A DNA stretch of 64,000 bases from Trueperaceae bacterium (GTDB lineage: Bacteria > Deinococcota > Deinococci > Deinococcales > Trueperaceae), in NCBI GenBank assembly GCA_965213925.1, contig OZ243927.1, positions 2,944,001 through 3,008,000 of the forward strand, given 5' to 3'. Made by a program: the position numbers and the translations under genes. A model generated the notes under the pieces. The model was given only the letters and a program-made list of their open reading frames with translations, was not told the origin of the DNA and made no database searches. Below, one piece after another: positions 9,008 through 18,700 of the stretch (positions are counted from its first letter, which is position 1; the number at the start of each line of letters is the position of its first letter).

Positions 9008-10023
9008 CCATCAACGATGTCGCCAAACGCGCGGGCGTCTCCCCTACTACCGCCAAACGCGCTGTAAGGACGCCGCACCTCTTGGCAGAAGGAACCTTAA
9101 GGCGCGTTCAGCAAGCTATCCGTGACCTCAACTACGAACCTGACCAGGTCGCGAGCACGCTCCGCAGTGGTCAGAGCCGCACGGTAGGTCTCATCGTCGG
9201 CAACATCGTCGAGCCCTTTTTTGCGGAGCTTATCCGTGAGGTTGCGGGCGAGTTGCAGCGGCGCGGCTACGCGCTCCTCATCGCGGACAGCGAATACCGC
9301 GCCGCGTTGGAGTTGGAGCACCTTAAAAGCATGAGCAGCTACCGCGTGAGCGGGCTCATCGTGCGTTCGGGTTATGGGAATGCGAACCTTGAATACATGC
9401 AGCGTATGCAAGCGCAAGGCGTCGCCATCGTGGAAATCGACTACTTCTATCCGGGTAGCCCCTTTAGCCACGTGATGTTAGACAGCCGCCAGAGCGTGTA
9501 TGAAGGCGTCGTTTACTTAGCGGAACTCGGGCATCGCCGCATCGCGCCATTAGGAACCTACCACGAGACGATTAACCCAGAGGAGCGTTCGCTCTGCTTT
9601 GCGGAGGCGATGAACGCCGCCGGGCTCAGTGTGCTAAGCGACTACCAAAAGGTCGTGCGCTTCACCGAAGATGAGGCGCACAAGCTCACTCACGAGTTGA
9701 TGAAATTGGCAGAGCCGCCCACCGCGCTTTTTGCGTTTACGGGCAACATGGGAATGGGCGCGTATAGGGCGCTACGCGAGCACGGTTTGCGCGTTCCCGA
9801 CGATGTCTCTTTGCTCAGTTTCGACAACTACACCTGGACGAGCCTGGTTGACCCGCCCATTGATGTGATTGAACAGCCGACGAAAGAGATGGGGCTTGCG
9901 GCGGTGGATATTCTGTTCCAGAGGATTCAGCAAAAGAGTGAACACGCTCAGCAAGAGGTGGTGAGGCGGCGCTTTCCTGGGCGGCTCATTAAGCGGTGTA
10001 GCAGTGCGCCGCCTAAGCTGTAG
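9001..10023 (+). CDS. LacI-family transcriptional regulator of the polyol cluster
   Basis: TINDVAKRAGVSPTT HTH, hinge ASTLRS, VPDDVSLLSFD; start trimmed to GTG 9001. Confidence 0.93.
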   Translation: MSTINDVAKRAGVSPTTAKRAVRTPHLLAEGTLRRVQQAIRDLNYEPDQVASTLRSGQSRTVGLIVGNIVEPFFAELIREVAGELQRRGYALLIADSEYRAALELEHLKSMSSYRVSGLIVRSGYGNANLEYMQRMQAQGVAIVEIDYFYPGSPFSHVMLDSRQSVYEGVVYLAELGHRRIAPLGTYHETINPEERSLCFAEAMNAAGLSVLSDYQKVVRFTEDEAHKLTHELMKLAEPPTALFAFTGNMGMGAYRALREHGLRVPDDVSLLSFDNYTWTSLVDPPIDVIEQPTKEMGLAAVDILFQRIQQKSEHAQQEVVRRRFPGRLIKRCSSAPPKL

Positions 10024-10179
10024 AGGATAACGCTGAGGTTTCGCGTTCTGGTAGACAGCGCGAGTTGAGCCCCTTTCATAACAACCCTTTCGGCTCAAAA
10101 GAGACATTTTCACCTCTTAACCTCTTTGTAAACCCGACAATGGAGAGGAGGAGAAATCCGCTCTGTTGAAAGGTGCGCT

Positions 10180-11019
10180 GTGCCGTTTCTTAAAGCTCTA
10201 TTGCGAAGTCCCTTCTTCTATCTATTTTTGTTCTTTGTCCCTTTGCTTATTGCAACTGTGGTCTATGTTCCTGCAAATGAAGCGCGTATCAAGGCGGAGT
10301 TACTCGAGCCACCTTTTGACGATCCACAGTTCGAGATAGTTCGTACAAATCATCTAGGTTATGAAGGATTGAACCAATCCAAAGTGGTCAACACTGACTA
10401 TCTCGATCAGAGTTGCGAAAGACGTTTCCGAGAGAATTACAGCAGGCTTAGAAGATTCTATACTCTCTTCATTAAAGAAGAAGCGTTCTTCCTTGCGTAT
10501 TTAGAAAATCAAGAGAACAACCCTTTTTCTCGCTTGAGGTTCGCTCTAGAGCGTCTTACGAGCGACCTCGGTCTAAGCGAGAGTTCGCGGGAACAGTATG
10601 ATCAATTCAAACTGCAACAGGACAATTACAATTCGACCAAGAAAGATTTTCACAGCTACATCGTTGAAAACGATTGTCTCTCGCCAACTTATACTTTGAA
10701 TCTGTCATCGACTACAGACAACGGACTTAGTCAATCGCTTACTATCGACAACGAAAATCCTTACGGTCTACCGCCCGAGCTAGCTCAAGTTCACGAAACG
10801 CCTATCTTTCTCGACGTGTATGGCGCTCCAAATTGGTTAGAGGTTACTCCGAAACAAAAGTGGCTTCCTATTGGCGAAAGTGAAACGCTCGAGTTCACAG
10901 CCACTTGTCCTTCTTCTAATCATCCTGCTACATACGAAGGTGAAGTCGGCATCTTTCAGCCGCCCGCGTTTGTAGACATGGTGGAGGTGAGGCTCGAGTG
11001 CCCCGCCACTTCTTCATAA
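10180..11019 (+). CDS. Hypothetical membrane-anchored protein with possible C-terminal BACON/Ig-like domain
   Basis: N-terminal TM helix; PNWLEVTP...GESETLEFTATC resembles BACON-like beta-sandwiches; AT-richer than flanks. Confidence 0.6.
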   Translation: MPFLKALLRSPFFYLFLFFVPLLIATVVYVPANEARIKAELLEPPFDDPQFEIVRTNHLGYEGLNQSKVVNTDYLDQSCERRFRENYSRLRRFYTLFIKEEAFFLAYLENQENNPFSRLRFALERLTSDLGLSESSREQYDQFKLQQDNYNSTKKDFHSYIVENDCLSPTYTLNLSSTTDNGLSQSLTIDNENPYGLPPELAQVHETPIFLDVYGAPNWLEVTPKQKWLPIGESETLEFTATCPSSNHPATYEGEVGIFQPPAFVDMVEVRLECPATSS

Positions 11020-11135
11020 AAGGTGATTTAAGCACTTTACCCACATTTTCACAAGGTTGAACGAGGGACAATTCGCCGTGTCAACCCGCCCCAATTAACC
11101 TCCGTAGGCTGCGCTCAATCCTCTAAGCGCCAAAT

Positions 11136-12665
11136 GTGTTCTACTCGACCATCATGTCCTCTGAGTCCGACCGTCAGTCCGCCGCCGACAACCGCAAGTG
11201 GTACGTCCTCGTCGCCGCGAGCCTCGGCACGTTTTTAGGCACGGTCATGGCGACGAGCGTCAACGTGGCGCTGCCCTCGCTCGTGAGTGTGCTGGAGACG
11301 AAGTTCGCGGTGGTGCAGTGGGTGGTGCTCTCCTTCTTGCTGACTAACGCGGTGCTCTTGCCTATCGTCGGGCGCTTGGCGGACATGCTCGGCAAGAAGT
11401 CGCTCTTCATCGCGGGCTACGTGATTTTCACGCTCGGCTCGCTCCTTTGTGGGCTCTCGCAGGGCGTCTTTTGGCTGATCGGCTTCCGCGTTTTGCAGGG
11501 CGCGGGGGCGGCGCTCCTGACGGCGCTTAGCTTAGCGATCGTCACGGACGTGTTTCCCGATAGCGAGCGGGGCAAGGCGCTGGGGATCACGGGCTCGGTG
11601 CTCTCGAGCGGCATCGTCATCGGTCCGACCTTGGGCGGTTTTCTCGTGGACGCGCTCTCGTGGCACTGGGTGTTTTTCATCGGTGTGCCAATAGGCATTC
11701 TCGGCACGCTCTTAGCGCTCCGCTTCGTGCCGTCCTATGAGCCAAAGGGCGGGCAGCACTTCGACTTACCGGGGGCGGCGGTGCTCTTTGGCTGTCTTTT
11801 GACGCTTCTACTCGCGCTAACTTTGGGGCAGCAGCGCGGCTTCGGCGGCTCCTTGATCCTCGGGCTGTTTGTGGCGAGCGCCCTTTTGCTCGCTGTTTTC
11901 GTGTGGCTCGAGCTGCGCGTCGAAGACCCCGTGATCGATTTGCGTTTATTCAAAAATGCGGACCTTAGCATCGGGCTCGTGACGGGCTTCGCGACGTTCG
12001 TCGCTATCGCGGGGACGATCTTTCTGATGCCCTTTTACCTGGAGAACATCCTCGGCTACTCGCCGCGCAACGTCGGTTTGCTCATGGCCATTGTGCCCGT
12101 GGTACTCGTCTTTATCGCGCCCGTCGCGGGCAGCTTGTCGGACAGGTTCGGCGCGAGGCCGATTACGGTCATCGGGCTGGTGCTCGTCTTAGCGGGTTAC
12201 ATCGCTATCGGCGCGTTGGACGAAGAGACAACCGCGCTCAGCTACGTGCTGCTCTTTCTGCCGGTCGGCTTAGGGATGGGCGTGTTCCAGTCGCCGAATA
12301 ACAGCGCCATCATGGGCTCGGTCCCAAGGGAAAAGTCCGGCGTCGCGGGGGGGCTTTTGTCAGAGACGCGGGCGCTCGGGCAAACTAGCGGCATCGCCAT
12401 TTTGGGGACCCTGTGGGCGGCGCGCGTGGCGGCGCGCGCGCCGGGTCAGGTGGGCGGCGACGCGACCAACGCGCCCGTGAGTGCGCAGGTCGGCGGCTTA
12501 CACGACATGTTCACTTTCATCCAAATTATGATCGCGCTCGCGCTCATTCTCTGCGTGTGGGACCTCGTTCGGCGGAGGCAGCGGGAGAGCGCCCAACAAA
12601 GAGACGGTGAAGGCAAAAGCGATAAAGGTACGAGTGGCGCGGAGGTTGTCACCGCAAAAAGGTAA
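11136..12665 (+). CDS. MFS drug:H+ antiporter, DHA2 (EmrB/QacA) family
   Basis: VNVALPS, GRLADMLGKK motif A, GPTLGG motif C, DPVIDLRLF, about 14 TM; alternative start ATG 11154. Confidence 0.93.
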   Translation: MFYSTIMSSESDRQSAADNRKWYVLVAASLGTFLGTVMATSVNVALPSLVSVLETKFAVVQWVVLSFLLTNAVLLPIVGRLADMLGKKSLFIAGYVIFTLGSLLCGLSQGVFWLIGFRVLQGAGAALLTALSLAIVTDVFPDSERGKALGITGSVLSSGIVIGPTLGGFLVDALSWHWVFFIGVPIGILGTLLALRFVPSYEPKGGQHFDLPGAAVLFGCLLTLLLALTLGQQRGFGGSLILGLFVASALLLAVFVWLELRVEDPVIDLRLFKNADLSIGLVTGFATFVAIAGTIFLMPFYLENILGYSPRNVGLLMAIVPVVLVFIAPVAGSLSDRFGARPITVIGLVLVLAGYIAIGALDEETTALSYVLLFLPVGLGMGVFQSPNNSAIMGSVPREKSGVAGGLLSETRALGQTSGIAILGTLWAARVAARAPGQVGGDATNAPVSAQVGGLHDMFTFIQIMIALALILCVWDLVRRRQRESAQQRDGEGKSDKGTSGAEVVTAKR

Positions 12666-12677
12666 ACTACGCTACTT

Positions 12678-13721
12678 ATGGTCGATTTCTCTGCGTTCTC
12701 CTTACCCGTTATCTTCATCCTCTTTGCCGCAGCAGCCGTTGTCATCGCGCTCGTCGGCACGCGCCTTACCAGAGTCGCCGACCTCTTGGCGGATAAAACA
12801 GGGCTCGGCGAAGCCATCGTAGGCGCGGTCATGCTGGGCGCGGCCACCTCGCTCTCGGGCATCGTCACCTCGGTGACGGCGGCGGCGGGCGGCGCGGCGG
12901 AACTCGCCATCAGCAACGCGCTCGGCGGCGTCGCGGCGCAAACTGTGTTTCTAGCGGTAGCGGATATGAGCTACCGCAACATCAACTTGGAGCACGCCGC
13001 CGCCTCGATCGCCAACTTGATGCAAGGCACGCTTTTAGCGACGCTACTCGCCATTCCTATCATGGCGCTCGCCGGTCCTGATGTGAGCTACTTCGGCGTT
13101 CACCCCGCCTCGATCATCCTCATCCTCGCCTATGGGTTTGGTATCGGTCTCATCGCCAAAGCGGAAGAGCAACCGATGTGGGACCCCTACCGCACACCCG
13201 AGACGAAAGAAGACGACCCCGACGAATCAGAGGAGGAGGCCAAACAGGCGAGCCTCACGCGGCTTTGGATCAGCTTCTTCGTGCTGTCGCTGCTCTTAGG
13301 CATCGCGGGTTTCGTCGTCGCGAGAACAGGGGTGCAGATCGCGGAACAGACCGGCATCTCCGCGACCATCGTCGGCGGGCTGCTCACCGCCATCGCCACC
13401 TCGCTGCCCGAACTCGTCACGACGATCGCCGCCGTGCGGCGCGGCGCGCTGACCTTGGCGGTGGGCGGCGTCATTGGCGGCAACGCCTTCGACACGCTCT
13501 TCGTCGCCTTTTCGGACTTCGCCTATAGAGACGGGTCCATCTACCACGCGATCACCAACCAACAAGTTTTCATCATCGCGCTGACTATCTTGATGACGGG
13601 CATTCTCCTCTTAGGACTTTTGCGCCGCGAAAAACAGGGCATCGGCAATATCGGCTTCGAGAGTTTTCTGACGCTAGCGCTCTACTTCGGCTCGTTTGCG
13701 CTCCTTTATTTCACGGGTTAA
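12678..13721 (+). CDS. Sodium:calcium antiporter (CaCA/YrbG-like)
   Basis: Two alpha repeats GAATSLSG and ATSLPELVTT...GGNAFD separated by an acidic loop. Confidence 0.9.
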   Translation: MVDFSAFSLPVIFILFAAAAVVIALVGTRLTRVADLLADKTGLGEAIVGAVMLGAATSLSGIVTSVTAAAGGAAELAISNALGGVAAQTVFLAVADMSYRNINLEHAAASIANLMQGTLLATLLAIPIMALAGPDVSYFGVHPASIILILAYGFGIGLIAKAEEQPMWDPYRTPETKEDDPDESEEEAKQASLTRLWISFFVLSLLLGIAGFVVARTGVQIAEQTGISATIVGGLLTAIATSLPELVTTIAAVRRGALTLAVGGVIGGNAFDTLFVAFSDFAYRDGSIYHAITNQQVFIIALTILMTGILLLGLLRREKQGIGNIGFESFLTLALYFGSFALLYFTG

Positions 13722-13754
13722 TACCGTTTCCGGGTAATTCCCGTAGGAAACAGT

Positions 13755-13788
13755 GAGCAATGAGTCTAAAGGTTTAGACTCATTGCTC
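13755..13788. repeat. AGCAATG-family hairpin, probably also a terminator between convergent genes
   Basis: 16-bp stem GAGCAATGAGTCTAAA / TTTAGACTCATTGCTC; related to 21445-21494. Confidence 0.7.
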
Positions 13789-13843
13789 GTTCCTCACTGC
13801 TATCCTCACAAGGAGACTGCACCGCCTCTCGAGCAACCTCTAG

Positions 13844-14221
13844 TTACCGCAGGATATACGCGCTCAGCACCCGGTAGACGTCGTGGACGTTCTTGTCCTT
13901 GCGAAAGGCGAACGCGGTGGGTTCGGCTTCGCCGCGAATCCAGAGTTTGACCTCCGCCTCCATGTCGAAGCGCCCTTTGCTCTCCTTGGAAAACTTCGTG
14001 ATGCTCGCGTACGGTACCGATAGAAATTCCCGCTTCTTGCCCGTCGTCCCCTGTTTGTCCACCATCACTAAGCGCCGGTTCGTGAAGACCAAGAGGTCGC
14101 GCACCAGCCTGTAGGCGTGCTCGATGCGCTCGCCCTCCACCAGGATGAGCGAGAAGTCCTTCTCCAATTTGTCCGCGTCCACCTCAGATGCGTTGCCAAG
14201 TAGTCCGCTAAAAAGTCCCAC
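13844..14221 (-). CDS. Bacterial PH-domain protein (bPH_1)
   Basis: MGLFSGLLGNASE...RDLLVFTNRRLVMVDKQGTTGKK...S.PY signature; GTG start after GGAGG. Confidence 0.9.
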   Translation of the reverse strand: MGLFSGLLGNASEVDADKLEKDFSLILVEGERIEHAYRLVRDLLVFTNRRLVMVDKQGTTGKKREFLSVPYASITKFSKESKGRFDMEAEVKLWIRGEAEPTAFAFRKDKNVHDVYRVLSAYILR

Positions 14222-14313
14222 AATGCCTCCCAAGCAGATATCATTTAGTCACGAACGCAGCGAGTCGAGAAACCATTGATTAGCTCGCACATTCAGGGAT
14301 GATATCTGCGTCA

Positions 14314-14709
14314 TCAGTATAACGGTAGATTGCCAGAACACAGCGGTTCAGCATCCGAGGTTTGCTTTTGGAAAGAGGTCTGGACCTCCTCGAGCACCAG
14401 CGTCAGCACGGGCAAGAGGTAGAGCGAACCTAAGGTAAAAAGGATGAGGGGGCGCGAGAAGACAGCCCCGTCGGAGAGGTGCAGCAGGTTGAGCGTATCT
14501 ACATGAGCCGAGGTGGTCACGAAGACGACGAGCGACGTAGCGCTTAGCAGAGCGAACAACCAAGCGAGGTTGAGGGCGTCGAGAATTTCAGAAAAGCGTT
14601 CCGTGTCCGAGCGGCGAAAGGAGCGCAGGGCGGCAAGTAGAGACGCGGCTAAGCTTCCGGCAAAAACGAGCGTCAGCACGTAGAGCGTGAGTGCGAGCGT
14701 GGGTTCCAT
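14314..14709 (-). CDS. Hypothetical three-TM membrane protein
   Basis: ATG 14709 after AGGAG; three hydrophobic segments. Confidence 0.65.
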   Translation of the reverse strand: MEPTLALTLYVLTLVFAGSLAASLLAALRSFRRSDTERFSEILDALNLAWLFALLSATSLVVFVTTSAHVDTLNLLHLSDGAVFSRPLILFTLGSLYLLPVLTLVLEEVQTSFQKQTSDAEPLCSGNLPLY

Positions 14710-14761
14710 CGTCATCTCCTCTGCCCCTCCCGTTGGCACAAGGATTTATATGCAGATTAAG

Positions 14762-14947
14762 TACGCTGTCAGCTAAAGAATGAGGTATGTCATTCTGAAC
14801 GTAGCGAAGCCCTTTACAGGATAGACTCCGTGAAAGAATCTCTGCATTCGCCTCCTCTTCTATGAGAGAGCGCGCGACGAGACCCCTCGACTGCGTTGCA
14901 CTCCGCTCGGGGTGACAACAGTGTCGCAGAATTTAATTGACAGCGTA
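14762..14947. mobile_element. MITE-like element, copy A, with TIRs and internal GTCATTCTGAAC-type hairpin
   Basis: Ends TACGCTGTCAGCTAAA / TTTAATTGACAGCGTA; TTAAG on both flanks; related to 36997-37199. Confidence 0.65.
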
Positions 14948-15691
14948 TTAAGGCGCGTTTGGCGCAGGTTCTGGCTGCGCTTCGGAGGACTTCTCTAAGT
15001 CAACCTCTTTGGCAGCTTCAGCGTTCTGGACGGGTTGATTCGGCTCGCTCTGAAGGGGGCTCGAGGACGCTGCGTCAGAGGACGTCCCAGCAAAGGACGC
15101 CGTATCAGACGTTCTTGAGGAAAGCGCCCTAGGGTTCGCGAAGAGGTACACCCCGCCGCCGATGAGCAGAAGTGGTAGGAGCGAACCGCTGATGACGTTC
15201 GTCGTCAGGAGGGCAATCACGAGCGCGACGATCGCCGGGTAAACCGCCCACTGCTTGCCCAAGCGCAGGAGATACCCGAACGTCGCCGCGAAGCCTAAGA
15301 AGAGGAGCGGAGCCGTGCCTAAGAGGGTGCCGCCGAAGCCCACCGCGACGGCGATAGAGAAGAAAAGTCCAGCAGGCAAAACTGCCCACCACCTCCTTCT
15401 ATCGCGCCAATAGAGCGCCCCGAACCCCAAGCCGATGAGGGTCAAGACGGCGGTGCCGCTCGAGAACGCCACGAGCGCCGCCCCGAAGAGCCCCAACGCC
15501 AAGACGAGCGCCCAGACCTCGCTGGGGTCGCGCAGGTAGCGTCGGCTCAGATAGACGCCGCCCAAGATGAGCAGCAGCGACCGCACCGCCATTGAAAGTC
15601 CATTAAGGAGTCCGCCGCCCGAGAGCAGCGCCAACACGCCCAAGATGATGAGCGCCCACGCGATGGGTCGTTCTTTCCGGTTTATGTTCAT
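14948..15691 (-). CDS. Multi-TM membrane protein (LiaF/LiaI-like envelope-stress accessory protein)
   Basis: ATG 15691 after GGAGG; RRWWAVLPAG and WAVYPA motifs shared with 18067-18663; divergent from a NarL-type two-component system. Confidence 0.7.
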   Translation of the reverse strand: MNINRKERPIAWALIILGVLALLSGGGLLNGLSMAVRSLLLILGGVYLSRRYLRDPSEVWALVLALGLFGAALVAFSSGTAVLTLIGLGFGALYWRDRRRWWAVLPAGLFFSIAVAVGFGGTLLGTAPLLFLGFAATFGYLLRLGKQWAVYPAIVALVIALLTTNVISGSLLPLLLIGGGVYLFANPRALSSRTSDTASFAGTSSDAASSSPLQSEPNQPVQNAEAAKEVDLEKSSEAQPEPAPNAP

Positions 15692-15834
15692 GTCCAACCT
15701 CCATAAGGTGAGCTTTAGCGTAGAGCGCACGCCTCTCTAAAACATCGGCAAAAGGGTGGCGCTAGGGGTCCATCTTTTGACGGAGGACCCGCACTGCTAT
15801 GAACGGTAGAGTGAGCTAGGGGGCGCGTGACCTT

Positions 15835-16512
15835 ATGAAATGGGTGGTAGGCGTGGAAAATGCAATCTCAAACGCAGGGGCGCAGCGCGTGCGTTTACTC
15901 CTAGTCGACGACCATAAAGTCGTGCGGCAAGGACTCAAGATGGTGCTCTCGTTGGAGGCAGGTTTGGAGGTCATCGGCGAAGCCGCCAACGGTCAAGAGG
16001 CGCTCTCTCAAGTTGCCGCCTTGTCACCCCAAGTCGTGCTGATGGACTTGCTCATGCCCGTGATGGACGGCGTCAGCGCGATTCGCGTGATTAAAAAGGA
16101 CTACCCCGAAGTCGAAGTCGTCGCGCTGACGAGCGTCTTAGAAGACCGCCTCGTGATCGACGCAGTCGAGGCGGGCGCGGCGGGCTACCTGCTCAAAGAG
16201 AGCGGACCCGAGGAGCTTATCGAGGCGATTTTTGCGGCTGCCAAGGGAGAGGTCAGGCTTCACCCGAAAGCGCAGAAGCGCCTCATTCAAGAGGTGCGCA
16301 CGCCCGAGATGCGCGAGGCGCTGACCGCCCGCGAAACCGCGACGCTCCGCCTCGTCGCCAAAGGTCACGCGAACAAGGAAATTGCGGAAGAACTCGGCAT
16401 TTCGGAAGTTACCGTCAAGACCTACGTCTCGAGCATCTTGTCCAAACTGAACCTCTCGAGCCGCACCCAAGCCGCGCTGTTCGCACTTAAAGAGGGACTC
16501 GTCGGGCTCTAA
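15835..16512 (+). CDS. NarL/LiaR-family response regulator
   Basis: LLVDDH, MDLLMPVMDG receiver domain, LTARE...KTYVSSILSKL LuxR HTH; alternative GTG start 15853. Confidence 0.95.
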   Translation: MKWVVGVENAISNAGAQRVRLLLVDDHKVVRQGLKMVLSLEAGLEVIGEAANGQEALSQVAALSPQVVLMDLLMPVMDGVSAIRVIKKDYPEVEVVALTSVLEDRLVIDAVEAGAAGYLLKESGPEELIEAIFAAAKGEVRLHPKAQKRLIQEVRTPEMREALTARETATLRLVAKGHANKEIAEELGISEVTVKTYVSSILSKLNLSSRTQAALFALKEGLVGL

Positions 16513-16525
16513 GGTGACCAGGTAG

Positions 16526-18070
16526 ATGGACATCCCCTTCTGGAGCCGCCTCAGCACGCGCTTGACGCTGCTCATCTTAGCGATCGTTTTGGTACTTGCC
16601 ACGGCGACAGGTATCCTGGTGAGCCGGGGGTTTTCGCTCCTAGATTCTTCGGCGCTGACGCAGGCAGAAGCGGAGGCAACCTCCGGGCAAGCAAATCAAA
16701 CTGCGGGAACCGACAACCCAGAACTGAGCGATATCGTGCGCGGCACCGTCATCAACCTCATCGCTGTTTTTCTGCTCACTTTGGTGGGCGCGACCGTGTT
16801 CAGCCGCAGCCTCCTCACCGAGCCCATCGCCTCGCTGACCAGAGCGACGCAAGAGGTGGCGGCGGGTCACTTGGGCGTGACGCTGGACGTGAACTCGAAG
16901 GGCGAGCTTGGGCTTTTAGCGAGCACCTTTAACCAGATGTCTCTAAGCTTAGAGGCGCGCACCCAAGACCTCTTAAAAGCGAACGAGGCGCTGCGCGAGA
17001 GCGAGGCGCGGCTCGAGGGGCGCGTGACCGAGCGCACCGCCGAACTGACCTCACTGCTCGAGCTGTCCAACGCCACCGCCCTAACAACAGAAGATATGCC
17101 GCTGCTTGGGCGGATTTTCGACCGGCTTTATGAACTCGTCCCCTACCGCTCAGCCGCGCTTTTTCGGCGCATGCAGGGGGGAGTCGCGCTCGTACTTTCA
17201 AGAGGCGCAGAGGTCGAAGGGCTCGAGCTGCAAGAGGTTCTGTCGCAGAAGACCGCCCGGCACCATACGAGAGGTCAACTCACGCGGCGCACGTTGCCGC
17301 TCATCGTCCGCGACAACGCGGTGGGGGCATTGGTGCTCGAGCATACCGGCACTATCAGCGACGACAGGTTGCGCCTCATCACCGCCTTCGCCAACCAAGC
17401 GGGCGTGACGCTGGAGAACATCCGCTTGTACGAACAGGTTCAAGAACGCGCCGCGTTTGAAGAGCGGCAGCACCTAGCCCGCGAACTGCACGACTCGGTC
17501 TCGCAGGCGCTCTACAGCATCGTCCTAGGGACGCACGCCGCCCGCAAACAGCTCGCGGAACCAGAAAGGGCGGACGCGGCGCTCGAGTACGTCCAACACC
17601 TCTCCGAAGCCGCCCTAGCCGAGATGCGGGCGCTGATCTTCGAACTCCGCCCCGATATTTTGGAGCGCGAAGGCTTAGCGGCTGCGTTGCGCAAACAGGT
17701 CGAGGCTTTAGAGGTGCGCCATGACCTTCAAGCGGAGTATACCGAGGAGGGCGAGCCCGAGGTTACGTTTGCTGTGAAACAAGCGCTCTACCGCATCGCG
17801 CAAGAGGTCATTCACAACATCACAAAGCACGCGAACGCCGCTCATGTGCATGTCAGCCTCTTACAGACGGACAAAGAGGTGAGGCTCGAGGTCTCGGATG
17901 ACGGCGTCGGCTTTGGCGTGCAGGACTTTCCGGGTCACTTGGGGCTCAAGTCCATGCGCGAGCGCAGCACCTCTTTAGGCGGGACGTTCGAGGTGGCGAG
18001 TGCGCCCGGCCGGGGGACGAGGGTCAGCGTGAAGATTCCTAAAGCGTCCCCCTTAGGCGACGCCACGTGA
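16526..18070 (+). CDS. Sensor histidine kinase (2TM-HAMP-GAF-HisKA_3-HATPase)
   Basis: ERQHLARELHDSVSQ H-box, QEVIHNITKHA, DDGVGF, GLKSMRER. Confidence 0.95.
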   Translation: MDIPFWSRLSTRLTLLILAIVLVLATATGILVSRGFSLLDSSALTQAEAEATSGQANQTAGTDNPELSDIVRGTVINLIAVFLLTLVGATVFSRSLLTEPIASLTRATQEVAAGHLGVTLDVNSKGELGLLASTFNQMSLSLEARTQDLLKANEALRESEARLEGRVTERTAELTSLLELSNATALTTEDMPLLGRIFDRLYELVPYRSAALFRRMQGGVALVLSRGAEVEGLELQEVLSQKTARHHTRGQLTRRTLPLIVRDNAVGALVLEHTGTISDDRLRLITAFANQAGVTLENIRLYEQVQERAAFEERQHLARELHDSVSQALYSIVLGTHAARKQLAEPERADAALEYVQHLSEAALAEMRALIFELRPDILEREGLAAALRKQVEALEVRHDLQAEYTEEGEPEVTFAVKQALYRIAQEVIHNITKHANAAHVHVSLLQTDKEVRLEVSDDGVGFGVQDFPGHLGLKSMRERSTSLGGTFEVASAPGRGTRVSVKIPKASPLGDAT

Positions 18071-18663
18071 AACGCGACCCGCGCACGCTCGCCTACGTGC
18101 TGCTCGTCATCGGCGTCCTGCTGCTCGCGAACAGCGGCTTTTTAGGGGCGCTACCCGGCTTCTTGCGGACCTTGTCGCTCTTAGGCTTGGGCGCGGCGCT
18201 CTGGCTCGGACCGACGCACCTCGCGGCGGGCTGGCGCATTGCGGGCTTTATCGCCGTTGGCGTCTTCGGCATTGCGACCTCGGACGAGTTCACGGGCGTT
18301 GCTTCGCTGGGCTTTCCCGCGCTCGCCTTTGCGCTCGTGTACCTCTCTGATGTGAAGCGCTGGTGGGCGGTGATTCCGGCAGGCATCCTAGCGAGTGTTG
18401 CCACGCTCCTAGCGTGCAACGAACTTTTTGCCTGGAACGCGACGCCCGTGCTCTTTTTAGGCTTCGCGGCGACCTTTACCTATCTGTATCTACTTTCACC
18501 GCAACGTGGCGGGCAGCGCTGGGCGCTCTACCCGGCGGTGGTCTTCATCGCGCTGACGGTGCTGGTGAACGACCCTGGCAGTGGGCTCTCGGGGGCGTTG
18601 CCGCTGCTTTTTATCGGAGCGGGGGTGCTGATGTTGTGGTGGTGGCAGCGGGGGTCCGGGTAA
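18067..18663 (+). CDS. Multi-TM membrane protein, paralogue of 14948-15691
   Basis: RWWAVIPAG, LFLGFAATF.YL and WALYPA motifs; GTGA overlap with the kinase gene. Confidence 0.75.
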   Translation: MKRDPRTLAYVLLVIGVLLLANSGFLGALPGFLRTLSLLGLGAALWLGPTHLAAGWRIAGFIAVGVFGIATSDEFTGVASLGFPALAFALVYLSDVKRWWAVIPAGILASVATLLACNELFAWNATPVLFLGFAATFTYLYLLSPQRGGQRWALYPAVVFIALTVLVNDPGSGLSGALPLLFIGAGVLMLWWWQRGSG

Positions 18664-18700
18664 AGTTGCATCTTCTCTCTTCACAACGATATATTTATAC

